The notes: generated by a model not told the origin, from the letters alone. A stretch of 64,000 nt of DNA from Octopus sinensis (GCF_006345805.1 NC_042998.1:171864001-171928000); one strand, 5' to 3'; positions 37,939 to 51,922 are shown, counted from the stretch's first letter. A program made the numbers and translations.

Positions 37939-38325
37939 TAATTAATATACATATGTATATGTGTATGTATTATATATCTGTATACATATATATGTGTGCA
38001 TATACATATGTTCTTTTGTTCCTTTATTCGTTTATTGTTTCAGTCATTTTAACAAATCGACCCTGGGACATATTCTTTGTAAGCCTAGTACTTATTCTGT
38101 CGGTCTCTTTTGCCGAACTACTAAGTTATGGGGACGTAAACACACCAACATCGGTTGTCAAGTGATAGTGGGGGACAAACATAGACGCACAGATATATAC
38201 ATATATATAGATATACATATAAAGAGAGATATAAAGAGATAGAGAGAGAGACAAAAAGACAGACAGAGGGAAACCAAGAGAAACATGAATATAGCATATA
38301 TACATATACGTGTATGTGTTATGCA

Positions 38326-38368
<43 letters not shown>

Positions 38369-39009
38369 TATATATAGATATATATATATATATATATATG
38401 GATATATTTTTGTATGTGCATGTAGATACGCATATGCATAAATATGTTGTGTATCTCAATTTGTATATATATATATATATAGTTATTTATTTATACAAAC
38501 ACACACACACATATATATACCTCACAGGCCTGGCTGTGTGGTAAGAAGTTTGCTTCTTAACCACATGAATCCGGGTTCACTCTCAATCCGTGATACCTTA
38601 TGCAAGTGTCATCTACTATAACCACGGGCCGACCAAAGCCCTGTGAGTGGATTTGGTAGAGTCTGAAAGAAGCCCGTCGTATATATATATATATGTATGG
38701 GTGTGTGTGTGTCGAGTAGTCCAACTAAAATTCCTCAAGGCTGTGCCCCAGCATGGTCGCAGCCTAATAACTGAAACAAGATAAGAGATATATCTTTAAT
38801 CTTTTACTTGTCTCAGTGATCAAACTGTGGCCATACTGGGGCAACCGCTTTCAAGAATTTTAGTCGAACGAATCGACCACAGTTTTTATTTAGTTTTAAA
38901 TCTGGTACTATCGGTCTCTTTTTGCCGAACTACAATGTGACGGGGACATAAACACATCAACACTGGTTATCAAGTGGTGCTAGGAGGACAAACACATATA
39001 CATATGTGA

Positions 39010-39062
<53 letters not shown>

Positions 39063-39083
39063 ATATATGTGTGTATGTATCTG

Positions 39084-39286
39084 GAGAAAATGGAGAGTTT
39101 TAACTGATAGAATTCAATTTATCAACATATTGTCAAAATTCTCTGTTACCTACAATTGTTTCCAAACTCAACTCATTCAATTTCAAATTAATAAATTAAT
39201 AATTGAATGAGTTGAGTTTGGAAACAAAGAATTTTGACAGTGTGTTAATAAATTGAATTTTATCAGTTAAATCTCTCTATTTTCTC
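39084..39286. repeat. About 200-bp imperfect palindrome
   Basis: Arms GAGAAAAT..TTAACTGATA..TTGTTTCCAAACTCAACTCATTCAATT and its reverse complement; 18-nt AT spacer; 13-nt indel in the left arm. Confidence 0.85.
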
Positions 39287-39499
39287 TTTATAATACATTA
39301 TATTGAAATATAGCCATATATATCGAAGTGTAATAATCATAAAAATCAACGTAATATACTTAATTGGTGCCTATTTTAAACAATAAACACCAATACTATT
39401 AAGTTCTACTGGTCTCTTGAACATTTCATCGAGATACAAGATTAAACCGGTGAAGCTTAGATGTTGACATCCCTTTTAAACAGGTATATGTATCCTCAA

Positions 39500-39640
39500 A
39501 ATAACAATATATATATATATATATATATTGGTTGTTTGTGTGTGTATGTATATATATATATTATATATATAATATATATATTATATATATATATATATAT
39601 ATAATTATATATATATATTTGTGTGTTTGTGTGTGTATTG

Positions 39641-39693
<53 letters not shown>

Positions 39694-39802
39694 GTGTTGT
39701 GTGTGTATTGTATTATATTATGTGTGTATTATATATATATATACATATATATATACATACATATACACACATAACATACATTGCAAAAATTCAATATGTA
39801 TG

Positions 39803-39833
<31 letters not shown>

Positions 39834-40437
39834 GTATATATGTATATATATATATATATGTATATATATGTATATTATATATACTATATTATATATGTAT
39901 ATATAATATATAATATGTATATTATATATATATATGTATATATTTAATATATATATATATATTATATATGTATATATGTATATATATATATGTAGTATGG
40001 TGTATATATGTAATGTATATATGTATATATGTTATATGTGATATATGATAATATATATGTATAATGTATATATATATAGTATGTATATATGTATGTATAT
40101 ATATATATATATATATATTTTACACGAGGGCTTCTTCATCAGAAGGCTTTGGTCAGCACGAGACACTTGCCCAAGGTGTCACACACTACAGCACACGGAA
40201 ACTGTGTGCAAACATATAAACACTTTATATGGCCACATGTGTGTGTGTGCGTGTATGTGTATGTAAAGATATATATATATATATATATACATATTGAATT
40301 TTTGAAAATGTAAGTATATGTGTGCATGCGTGCGGGTGTGTACATGTTTATGTGGTATATGTATATATTTTATATAAGCATAGTGTTGTGTGTATATATA
40401 TATATGTGTGTGTTTGTGTGCATATACATATGTATGA

Positions 40438-40498
<61 letters not shown>

Positions 40499-40825
40499 TA
40501 CATATATACAGGTGGTGCTATTAAGTTAGACATGGCCTGGGCCAATACTGGCCAAAACCTTTCTAAGTTATTCTAAGTTACATACATATATATAATATAT
40601 ATACATATATATATTGTATTTGTATACATTTATATATAGATACATAATATGTGTAATATATATGTGGGTGTGTATATATGTGTATATATATATATGTGTA
40701 TATATATATATAGGTGTGTGTGTATATATGTATATATATATGTATATATATATATATATGTTTGTGTGTATGTAATATATATATTATATATATATATAGA
40801 TATATTATGTTGTGTGTGTATGTAT

Positions 40826-40856
<31 letters not shown>

Positions 40857-41230
40857 TATACACGCGCACACACAGGACACAAACACACACATGTACATAT
40901 GTAAAATTAAAACACCTGTATGCATATACACATGTATTTATGTGTATATATATGAATATGTACCTATAATATTTATGTGGTAATCATTGATGTATCGATA
41001 CGTATAAACACGTTTACCTAGATAAATCTTATAATATATATGCGCACATACACAAGCACACAAGTATACTACATACATACATTACATACATGCACAACCA
41101 TGCATACACATACATAATACATAACATACATACATACATACATACATTACATACATACATACATACGTGCATGCATGCATACATACTTCGACACATATAT
41201 TCATACAAACATAATAGTACATATACATGA
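39500..41230. repeat. Compound TA/TG/CATA microsatellite field with a family C SINE fragment
   Basis: Long TA-rich arrays; SINE core remnant at about 40125-40200. Confidence 0.85.
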
Positions 41231-41427
41231 ACAATGCACGACTATTTGTTTTGAAATGTTTGGTTACCATATTGCCTTTGTGGAAAATTATGATAATTGC
41301 CTCTCATTTAGGTGCAATGTCAGCACATGTTAAGGGAGTGTGTTAGTCGATAACATCGATCTCAGTATTAGACCATGACTTAATTTATTGGTTCAAAAAA
41401 ATTTAGTGGTATATTTGGAATTTGAAT

Positions 41428-41890
41428 AGGCGTAGGAGTGGCTGTGTGGTAAGTAGCTTGCTTTCCAAGCACATAGTTCCGGGTTCAGTCCCCCTGCATG
41501 GCACCTTGGGCAAGCGTCTTCTACTATAGTCTCGGGCCGACCAAAGCCTTGTGAGTGGATTTGGTAGACAGATACTGAAAGAAGCCCCCGTCATATATAT
41601 TATATAATATATAGATATATATATATATATATATGTTGTGTGGGTGTGTGTGTGTGTGTGTGTGGTGTGGTGTGTTGTGTGTGTGTGTGTTTGTTGTGTC
41701 TGTGTTTGTTACCCCAACATCGCTTGCCAACCGATGCTGGTGTCTTTATGTCCTCGTAACTTAGCGGTTTAGCAAAAGAGACCGATAGAATAAGTACTAG
41801 GCTTACAAAGAATAAGTCCTGGGGTAGATTTGCTCGACTAAAGGCGGTGCACCAGCATGGCCACAGTCAAATGACTGAAACCATTAAAAA
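41428..41890 (+). mobile_element. Full-length family C SINE
   Basis: Head AGGCGTAGGAGTGGCTGTGTGG, core CACCTTGGGCAAG, internal TA/TG tract, tail GACTGAAACCATTAAAAAGAG. Confidence 0.85.
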
Positions 41891-43944
41891 GAGAGAGAGA
41901 ATGCAAAGTGCCGAACGAAATGCTGCAAAGCATTTTGTCCGTCGCTCTAACAAGTTTTCCAATATAGCGTCGAAATATTGTTAATGATGGCAATAAGCCT
42001 TTCTATGATTGGCACAAAGCCTAAAATTTTGTGGGGGAGGGGGTTCTACTCGATTACTTCGACCCCAGTGCTCAATTGGTTCTTATTTCAACGACCCCGA
42101 AAAAGATAAAAGGCAAAGTTGACGTGGGCAGCATTTGAACTCAGAACGTTAACACGGAAGAAATGCCACTTAATATATTGTCCGGCGTGCTAGCGATTCT
42201 GTGTGCGACCCCTCCCGCGGAAACTCAATTCTTTCTCCTTAATTGCTCCTACCATAGACACGAAGCAAAGAATCTGGTGAGAAATTAGTCAATGAAATCG
42301 ATGGCAGTACTTGTCACTTTAATTTATCGATCTCGGAATCGTGCAAGGCAAATGTGACCTCGGCGGGATTTAAATTCAGATGGCAAAGAGCCGGGAAATG
42401 AACCATATACTCTAACATCTCTTCCAAATCGCCTCCAAGAGTATCGGAAAAAAATCATTCAAGCCTTCACCTCGTATCTTTAGGCTCTGAGCTCAAATAT
42501 CACCAAGGTCAACTTTGCCTTTTATTATTTTGGTGTCAATAAAATAAGTACCAGTCGAGTTCTAGGGTCGATGTAATCCACTAACTTCTTCCCCTAAAAA
42601 ATGCCGGCCTTATACCTAAGGTACAATCATTATTTCTTAGGTTGTGGATTGACACTATCATTCGAGCGCCGGACCAAATGCTTTGCAATATTTATCGTAT
42701 CACTTTACATTTCAAGTTCAGATCCTGCCGTGTTCAATTTCGGTTTTTTGTCCTTATGTACATGGTAAAATAAGGTGCTAGTCCAGTATTGGAGGGTAAT
42801 TTACTTAACCTCTTTCCTAAACTCTATGTATTATGTCTGTGTTGAAAACAATTATTGGACCCGTGTATTGACAAAATCCTGAGCATTGACTGACTCCATG
42901 GTCCCCAAATTCGAGGCCACGTGCCTTAGCAATAGTTAATATAACTATTTCTAATTAAGGCACAAGGCTAGTAATTTGAGGGGAGAGCTTAGTCGATTAA
43001 GTTTATTGAAGTCTTTGACTGGTACTTAATTTTCTCTATCGCCGAAGGCTGAAAAGCAAAATTGATCTCGGTGAAATTTGAACTCAGAACGTAAAGGGTC
43101 ATAAGTGAATACCACATGACACTTTTGTTCGACTCTAACCACTATGCTAATTTCAATGCCTGTCGCTTGACAGATTTAGTGATCGGCGAACCACGTCTGT
43201 CACCCGGTTCTATTTCTTATGTTGCCAAACGTTTCAAACTTGTCAACTAAAATGTTCGTGAGAAAGGCATGAACGTGACAACTTGATGATTCACCTCTCG
43301 GTTAACAAACACCATGAGATTTCTTGTGTACAGAAAAAAAAACCCATCAGTTTTGTTTATGCACGTTTAACCGACAGAGAGATGAGGAGAGAGGGGAAGG
43401 GGGAGAGAGAAACTAAGGGGAGACACTATGTAGTGGTAGTTCGACCTGTTAGATATAGCTGTGAAATCTTCCTCAAATAATCTACTGTCGCTTTAAATAG
43501 GACAAGGACATATTCGATAATGTAGCCCTACATGACCCCAGAGAACGGGTTGGTCGCGGTTACACTGTTTATAATCATATGTCTATTTGATCAGGGTTGA
43601 CCCGGGTTAAACATGTTGTGAGCTTACGTCAACAATCTGCTTACTACAACTTTAACGAAATTGTTTCAATACTATATTTAATATCATTATATTTTCATTT
43701 CGCCGAGGAAGATTTCGTCAACCATACTTCCGGGACCGATAATATTAAGTGTCGGTCAAATACTTGGCTTGATTAAATTAACTATCTTCCTCTCTTCTTC
43801 CACACCCCACACAAAAAAGTGGGGGAGAAGAAAAAACTGTGTGGCCTCGTGGTTAAGTTAAAAAGTATAAATCTTCGTTATATTTTCATCCCGTTGAAGT
43901 TGACATAGCTTTTCAACTTTCCCATCTTTAACTGAATCAATAAA

Positions 43945-44362
43945 AACAAGAGCACTCAGAGAGCGCATACCTCCGCCAAGGCAACACCAACATTCTCTCA
44001 AAGATTAACCAGAGATGATTTTTAAAATGAGAATATCTGAAATAAAACTCGACTACTCTCACAAACGAGAACACTAAAAATGAACCCGACCACTCTCAAA
44101 AATTGAGCAAAAAAACCAAAAAAAAACCAAAACAAAACAGAAAAATAATCCAGAATCCTTGTCCGATGCCAGATCGATCCCAAAATCTAATCAGTTTATG
44201 CCAGTCACAAGGTCAAACATCTCTGAAAGTTTGATCCTAATCCATCCAGCGGTTCTTGAAATATCTTGTCCACGAACGAACGAACGAACCAACCAACAAA
44301 CAAACAAACAAACACGACTGAAAACAATACCTCCGTCTTCGTTAAGGCGACGGAGGTAATAA
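43945..44362. mobile_element. Helentron-associated (HINE/DINE-like) non-autonomous element
   Basis: End AACAAGAGCACTCAGAGAGCGCA with subterminal TACCTCCGCC (43968-43977); (GAAC)/(AAAC)n tract; terminal stem-loop TACCTCCGTC/GACGGAGGTA (44328-44358); A-run flanks, no TSD. Confidence 0.7.
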
Positions 44363-45048
44363 GTACCAGTGAAGTACTGAGACAATTTTCAAATACGTGG
44401 TTTTGTGCACATGTAAGAAAGTGGCAGCTGGCAGATTCGTTAGCAGGGTCGGACAAAAATACTAAGTGGCATTTCGTGAGTTCAACTTTCGCCGAGGTCG
44501 ATTTCTGCCTTTCATCCTTTGGGGTCGATAAAATAATGTACCAGCTGAGTACTTGAGGCCGATGCAATTGAGTAATATTACTCTTAAAATTTGCTCGCCC
44601 TGAGTCAAAATTTGAACGAATTATTATGACGTACCTCGATTTTTTTTTCTGAGTGGCTGTAGCATTTTGTGTAAAGGGTTGACCCCATAAATATATTTTA
44701 GTTATTGAAATGCGCGCGCTCACACACACTTCGTACACACGACACTCTACAAACCAGAGTATGATATTTATTATTTCGTTTGTATGTTTGTTCTGATTGT
44801 TTTGTAGCCTATCGTCCTCGTGGCAAATAACGATATTCAGTACTGTGGTCGTTTATCAATCGGATTACATGGTTGTACACACGGCCAGTTAATCACATAT
44901 GACAGGAAATGTGTGAAAAGAAAAAGAAAATTCAACTTGTTGCAAACACGGCTGGGAATACCAAGGAAAAAGGAAGTAAAAACTGAAAGAAAGAATGGGT
45001 CTGCTGTCCCGAAAAAAATTATAAAAAGGGGTGTTTAAACACACTTAC

Positions 45049-45111
45049 CTTGGTGTGTCGAAACCGAAGTGGTTGGTATCAACTAGTATCTGGCAGAGGA
45101 ACTTGTCCGCA
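45049..45111 (-). CDS. Candidate 63-nt internal microexon (unknown gene)
   Basis: Minus strand ..TTTTATTGTGTTCAATACTTACCAG|63 nt|GTAAGT with AAG before the donor; one open frame, (x)ADKFLCQILVDTNHFGFDTP(x); no homology recognised. Confidence 0.25.
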
Positions 45112-45605
45112 CTGGTAAGTATTGAACACAATAAAAGGTGGCTTCTTAAAAAATGTAGTAGTCATAATTGGAATGAGAGAGAAAGAGAGAGAGAGAAAGA
45201 AAGAAGAAGAGAGAGAGAGGACTTGGGCCGGCGCCGTGCGATCAACTTCTCAAAGAAGACAAAGCTAGCATCTTCCTCTTTCTTTTCCTCTTCTGCCTCC
45301 TCCTTCCACTACTTCTCTTCCTCTTTATGTCTCGTTTTTATTTATCTCTTACCCTCACCCGCTTTAAACTCCTCTCAGTATATCTCCATGAATAGCAAAA
45401 TAGACAACATAATTATGGGAAGAAGCCAAGAAAAAATTTTTTTTTTGTCTAGACGGCTTTCTTACGCTGGCAATAGTAGCGGCCGAGCTTTCATAAATGA
45501 AGAGAGGCAGGAAGGAAGGAAAGAAAAGAAGAGCGCGAGAGAAGGCAAGAAACGTCTCACTTAAGGTAGAAGAAAAACATGGGCGTACATAAAGACATAC
45601 ACAAC

Positions 45606-45658
<53 letters not shown>

Positions 45659-46129
45659 ACACACACACACATACATACATACATATATGTGTATGCGTGT
45701 ATGTGTGTGTGTATACATACATATATGTGTATATATACACATATATAGAAATATATGTGCATGTGTGAATATATGTAATATATATATATATATATATGTA
45801 TGTATATATGTATGTTATATATATATATGTATATATCTATGTATATATATATGATAATATATATATGTATATATATATATATATATATATGTAATATATA
45901 TATATATATATATATATGCTCACACACAAACGCATGCATATGTATATGTGTGACATTCGCACACACTCATACTTATAGAGATTGTGTATGAGCGAGCTGG
46001 CGTGTGTGTGTGTGTGTGTGTGTGGTATCTGTCTGTGAGTGTTGAAGAGGGTGAAAGTTCTTCATGAAAGTTGAAGCGGGTGAGCAATCGAGGAAGGGTG
46101 TTGGGTGCGTGCGATGGCGGGGAAGTTTT

Positions 46130-46385
46130 GCACTGAGATGGTGACGTTTGTAGTGGTGGCGTTGACGGGCGAGAGAGATACTGGTGAATGGTAAAGGGTG
46201 TTGCTCACGATGGTAGTGATAATGACGGTGATGGTGATATGATAGCACCACCGCCTCTGATGTCGTTGCTGTTGTTGCTGCTGCCGTTGGTAGTGATGGT
46301 GGTTGCGGTGGTGGCGGCGGCGGCGGCGGCAGTGGGGGTGGTGGTGCTGTTGGTGCTGGTGATGGTGGTTGTCGGGTGGTTGTTA
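46130..46385. repeat. (GGT/GGC/GTT) low-complexity tract
   Basis: Imperfect trinucleotide repeats; explains ORFs 45973..46251 and 46188..46478. Confidence 0.75.
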
Positions 46386-46547
46386 AAGAAGACTGTTAAA
46401 GAATGGGGAAAAAAAAAAATAATGAATAATAGTTTGGCGTTCCCTCCAGAGTGTCAAACATGTGCGCTTTTGTTTTGAGTATATATGAATGTGCACATAC
46501 ATACAAAATTGTATGTATGTATGTATGTATAAATGGTGTGTGCGTGT

Positions 46548-46587
<40 letters not shown>

Positions 46588-46919
46588 CTATGTATGTGTG
46601 CGTGTGTGTGTGAAAATGAACCTGTTGCTCTATCTGAAATTGGTGTTTTGGCGTTTATGTCTCGACTCATTACACACACGCACACACACACATACACACA
46701 CACATACACACACACACACATACATACATACACACACACACACACATGCACACAAATCTACACATGAATATTATATATTCTGTCTGTCTGTCTCGGTATA
46801 CACACACAAATATATATATTTACGCATCTGCATATGTAGTGTACTGTTCCGTTATTGGCGGAATCAACTAAAAACTACTCTGTCAGATATATATAATATA
46901 TATTAATATATGGTATATA

Positions 46920-46957
<38 letters not shown>

Positions 46958-47873
46958 GCACACATACATACATATTTTCATGTATTACTGATTTAGAATT
47001 TTGACACAAGACCAGCAACTTCGTTTAACATCGACCCCTGTGTTCAATAAATATTTATTTTATCGACCCGAGAAGGATGAAAGGCAAAGTCGACCGCGGC
47101 GGAATTTGAACTCAGAACGTAAAGACGAAATGCCACGAAGTATTTTGTCCGGCGTGCTAACGGTTCTGCCAGGTCGTTGCCTTACTTTCAAATATTATTG
47201 CTATTTGGTAATTGTATCACATCTTCTGGAAGTGGAAAGTGGTTTAATAAATGAAGGATTTATGTTGTATCGCGTTTGATACACCTGTAGTTTATTTCTC
47301 TATGCTGTGCATATACGTGTCACTGGCTCAGTTCATTTATCTATGCAAATTGCCTAGACCATAAACGTGTTCTGCTCTTTTTGTATATATCGATGCTCCT
47401 TGACTTTTGGAGATAGGTTAGGACAATTGTCCTACTGATGATACCTGTTGATGCAGAAACACATGTCCAAGACTGTCCTCTCCAATTCTGTTCTTTAATG
47501 GCTTGTCAATTTAGGTCTTGATTCTTGAGATTATCTCCCCTCCGTCTATGGCGCTGTTCTCAGTTGTCATTTGGTAGCAGTGACACACCCTTTAGAGATG
47601 GAGATAAATCACAAATATATCTTGTATGGTATTTGCTATACCTACATTTGTCTACACATGCACGCACACACGCACATTTTACTTGCTTCAGTCACTGGAT
47701 TGCGACCATACTGTGAGGCACCGACTTGGAATGTGCATACGAACAGATCGACCCCAGAACTTGTTTTAAGCCACGCACTTACTCTGACAGTTTTTTTTTT
47801 AAATTTTAATTGCCGGGCCGCTGTTACAATCAAACAGTGGGGAAACAAATACAGACAGACGCACGCATGAACA

Positions 47874-48340
47874 CATCCATCCATCCATCCAACCATTCGT
47901 TCGTCCGTCAATCCATCCATCCATCCATCCATCCATCCGTCCGTCCGTCCGTCCGCCCATCCATCCATCCGTCCGTCCGTCCGTCCATCCATCCACCCAT
48001 CCATCCATCCATCCATCCATCCAACCGTTCGTTCGTCCGTCCGTCAATCCATCCATCCATCCATCCATCCATCCGTCCGTCCGTCCGTCCGTCCGTTCGT
48101 TCGTCCGTCCATCCATCCGTCCGTCCGTCCGTCCGTTCGTCCGTCCATCCATCCATTCAGTCCATCCATCCATCCATCCATCCATCCGCCCGCCCGTCCG
48201 TCCGTCCGTCCGTCCGTCCGTCCGTCCATCATCCATCCGTCGTCCGTCCGTCCGTCCGTCCGTCCGTCCGTCCATCCATCCATCCATCCATCCATCCATC
48301 CATCCATGCAACCGTTCATCTATCCATCCATCTATCCATT
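47874..48340. repeat. (CCAT/CCGT)n tetranucleotide array
   Basis: Alternating CCAT, CCGT and TCGT blocks; source of the MDGW/PSIH ORFs. Confidence 0.95.
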
Positions 48341-48692
48341 CTTCCCCGCACACATATATGTATATTTACGAACATATATTTATATACTCATCTATCTGCA
48401 TACATAAACACACACACACACCACACACGCAAATCAACTCACACAGGCACACCACTCACACACACACACACACACACACAATTCACACACACACACACAC
48501 ACACACGCACGCATACACACGCACACACACAATAATCTACCTATGTATGCGTGTAAGTTTATTTGGCGCTTTTGTAAGTGACAATCCTATTAAAGGACAA
48601 AGCTAAGGAAAAATGTGGAGAGAATTAACTGCAAAATGCGACACGAGAAGTTCTGTCATACTTTCTCCTTCACTCACTTTCTCTTACGCCCT

Positions 48693-48724
<32 letters not shown>

Positions 48725-48819
48725 ATCCTCTCTGTCTCTCTCTCATTGTTGTTCTGTCTTGTCTACAATTATATGTGTAAGTGCTTGTACGACATATGTA
48801 CGTATGAATGTGTGTTTAG

Positions 48820-48955
48820 GAGTACGTACATATCATATATACATACGTACAAGCATATATACATATACACACATATTTATATATACATACAACATTCATA
48901 TACACTCGTAAATACACACATACATACATACATACATACATACATACATACAAAT

Positions 48956-48986
<31 letters not shown>

Positions 48987-49595
48987 CATACATACGTACA
49001 TACATACGTTATACACACATGCATACATACATACATACATACATACATACATACATACATGCATATATACATACATACGTACATACATACGTTATACGCA
49101 CATACATACATACATACATATATACATACATACGTACATATACGTTATACACACATACATACATACATACATGATACATACATGCATACATACATAAATA
49201 CACACATACATACATACATACATATATACATACATACATACACACATACATACATACATACAAACATACATACATACATACATACATACATGATACATAC
49301 ATGCATACATACATACATACATACATACATACATACATACATACATGATACATACATGATACATACATGCATACATATATGATACATACATGCATACATA
49401 CATACATACATGCATACATACATACATACATGCATACATACATACATACATACATACATACGTACATACATATATGATACACACATGCATACATACATAC
49501 ATACACACATACATACATGCAGGCATACATACACACATACATACATACATACATTCATACATACATACATGCATACATACATACATACATACATG
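48820..49595. repeat. (CATA)n array
   Basis: About 770 bp of CATA with CATG/CACA variants. Confidence 0.95.
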
Positions 49596-49756
49596 AGCGC
49601 ATGTTTGTGAGTGTGTGAGGCGTGCTTGTGTTGTGCATGTGTGCGTGGAAATGCGATCAGTGAATGTAAATTCGTGAATGTGTGTAAGAAGAAAAAAAGG
49701 AAAGAAAAGAAAATATATGTTTTGTACATGTGTGTGTACGTGCGCGCGCGCATGTA

Positions 49757-49827
<71 letters not shown>

Positions 49828-50191
49828 GAGAGGACGAAGAGAGAGAGAGAGTCTTTGTGAATATATATGAGCGTACGCCTGAAATTTGCATCCGTGTTAA
49901 AAGTTGGCAAATGCCAACCGGACGGGAAAGCATCAAATCTTTCTAAAAGAACTTGGCGAACTTTCGTGTAATATGAGAGAGTAGGAAGGAGATATAGAAA
50001 TAGAGAGAGAGAGAGGGGGGGAGGAAGAGATAGAAAGAGAGAAAGAGAGAGAGAGAAAGTACGCACACACACATACACATACATACAGATAGACATACAT
50101 ATATATATACGCATAATTTAGCCAGTGGTCACTATTGAGTTTGAAAAAGCCGCCAGTGGTAAAACTTCGGAGTCACTACTAGCAGCATTAT

Positions 50192-50413
50192 CTGGCAGAA
50201 TCGTTAGCACGTCGGGTGAAATGCTTAGCGTTATTTCGTCTGCCGCTACGTTCTGAGTTCAAATTCCGCCGAGGTCGACTTTGCCTTTCATCCTTTCGGG
50301 GTCGATAAATAAAGTACCAGTTTCGCACTGGGGTCGTTGTAATCGACTTAATCCCTTTGTCTGTCCTTATTTGTCCCCTCTATGTTTAGCCCCTTGTGGG
50401 CGATAAAGAAATA
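50192..50413 (+). mobile_element. Family A SINE monomer (tail A1)
   Basis: Matches 1402-1615. Confidence 0.85.
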
Positions 50414-50576
50414 TATAAATATTGGTTTCAGATTTTGCCACAAGGCCAACAATGATAGGGAAAGGGATAAGTTGATTACATCGACCTCAGTGCTCTATTC
50501 GTACTTATTTTATCGACCCCCGAAAGGGATGAAAGGCAAAGTCGACTTCGGCGGAATTTAACTCAGAACGTAGAAG

Positions 50577-51115
50577 GATATCCCGCTGGCCCTAGGCCAC
50601 AGGAGAGCTGTGTCTGCATATGCGGACGACTTCACTGTTATGGTTTCGGGACCTTCGGAGTTAGAAACGAATGACATAATGCTGAAAGAATATTAGGTGT
50701 ATATAGGGCCGCACATAGACTATGACAAATCAGTGGGTTTGCAACTAGGCTCTTGGAGGGGCAAATCAATGTTGACTAGCGGCAATTTCTGTCGCTGGAC
50801 AGATGGTCCGGTGAAAGTGTTCGGAGTCTGGTTTGGACCAGACCGCTAGATATTTAGCAACTGGGACGAGGTGATGGTCAGGATACGCAAGGGCACCCAG
50901 AAATGGGCAGAAAGGAAGCTATCTTTGATAGGCCAGGCAGAAGTAGCGAATGTATACATCGCCTCGGTTGTGTACTACCGTCTGGCCGTCGTATCTTGTT
51001 CCAATAAAATTCTGACCAGATTGGAGCGTTTGTTTTTTCGATTCTTATGGAAGGGTCAGGTGTTCTGCTGGTCAGAAAGTCCATTTGCAATTAACATCTA
51101 CTCGTGGTGATCTTG
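50577..51115 (+). mobile_element. Tx1/L1-clade reverse-transcriptase fragment
   Basis: VSAYADDFTV (YADD at 50619-50630), KSVGLQLGSWRG, GVWFGPD, WAERKLSLIGQAEV..RLERLFFRFLWKG; two in-frame TAG stops. Confidence 0.9.
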
Positions 51116-51186
51116 GGATGCAACGCACTCATAATGAGTGTATTATATCTTATAACAGTTCCTTGTCATTTATTCAATTTCTGATA

Positions 51187-51246
<60 letters not shown>

Positions 51247-51296
51247 TTGTATGTATGTATGTATGTATGTATGTATGTATAATATGTATGTATATA

Positions 51297-51327
<31 letters not shown>

Positions 51328-51390
51328 ATTATATATATATTATTGATATTATTATTTGATTGAATGTCACGCATACATTTCCAAGTAATA

Positions 51391-51441
<51 letters not shown>

Positions 51442-51459
51442 ATATATATATATATTATA

Positions 51460-51502
<43 letters not shown>

Positions 51503-51513
51503 TATATATATAT

Positions 51514-51803
51514 AAACAATTGCAGCGTGGAAGGTGTTTGTAAGCCATTTAAGAAACATACAAAATCCGTTCGATTCACTTCAACATATAAGTTTAATTT
51601 GTCAAAATATTCTCGTCGCTAAAATCCGCGACCTGTTCACTGACAAAAATCCGAGATGCAGCACGGATTTTTGTCAGTGAACAGGTCGCGGATTTTAGCG
51701 ACGGAAATATTTTGACAAATTAAACTTAAATGTTGAAGTGAATCGAACGGATTTTGTGTGTCTCTTAAATGGCTTACAAACACCTTCCACGCTGCAATTG
51801 TTT
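51514..51803. mobile_element. 290-bp fold-back element, probably Penelope-terminal-repeat derived, inserted beside (TA)n
   Basis: Arms 51514-51653 and 51664-51803 with 5 mismatches; 10-nt spacer AGATGCAGCA. Confidence 0.85.
51670..51719 (+). ncRNA. Type I hammerhead-like motif with G3:C8 core swap (mirror copy at 51598-51647, minus strand)
   Basis: Stem I TTTGTCA/TGACAAA, core GTGAACA, stem II GTCGC/GCGAC, G-G-A then palindromic AATATT, then T; A13>G in this arm, A14>G in the other. Confidence 0.55.
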
Positions 51804-51855
51804 TCGTTTCAGCACACGATCTCAGATCAAATCACTTGCTATGCGAGTACAATTC

Positions 51856-51891
<36 letters not shown>

Positions 51892-51922
51892 TATATATAT
51901 ATTATATATATATATACATACA

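Noticed and set aside
45031-45564. 177-aa plus-strand ORF
   Set aside because: Runs through GA and CT low-complexity tracts (RERE, SSSS) with no recognisable domain.
47642-50114. ORFs of 180-340 aa with MDGW, PSIH or YVCM repeats
   Set aside because: Translations of (CCAT/CCGT)n and (CATA)n arrays.
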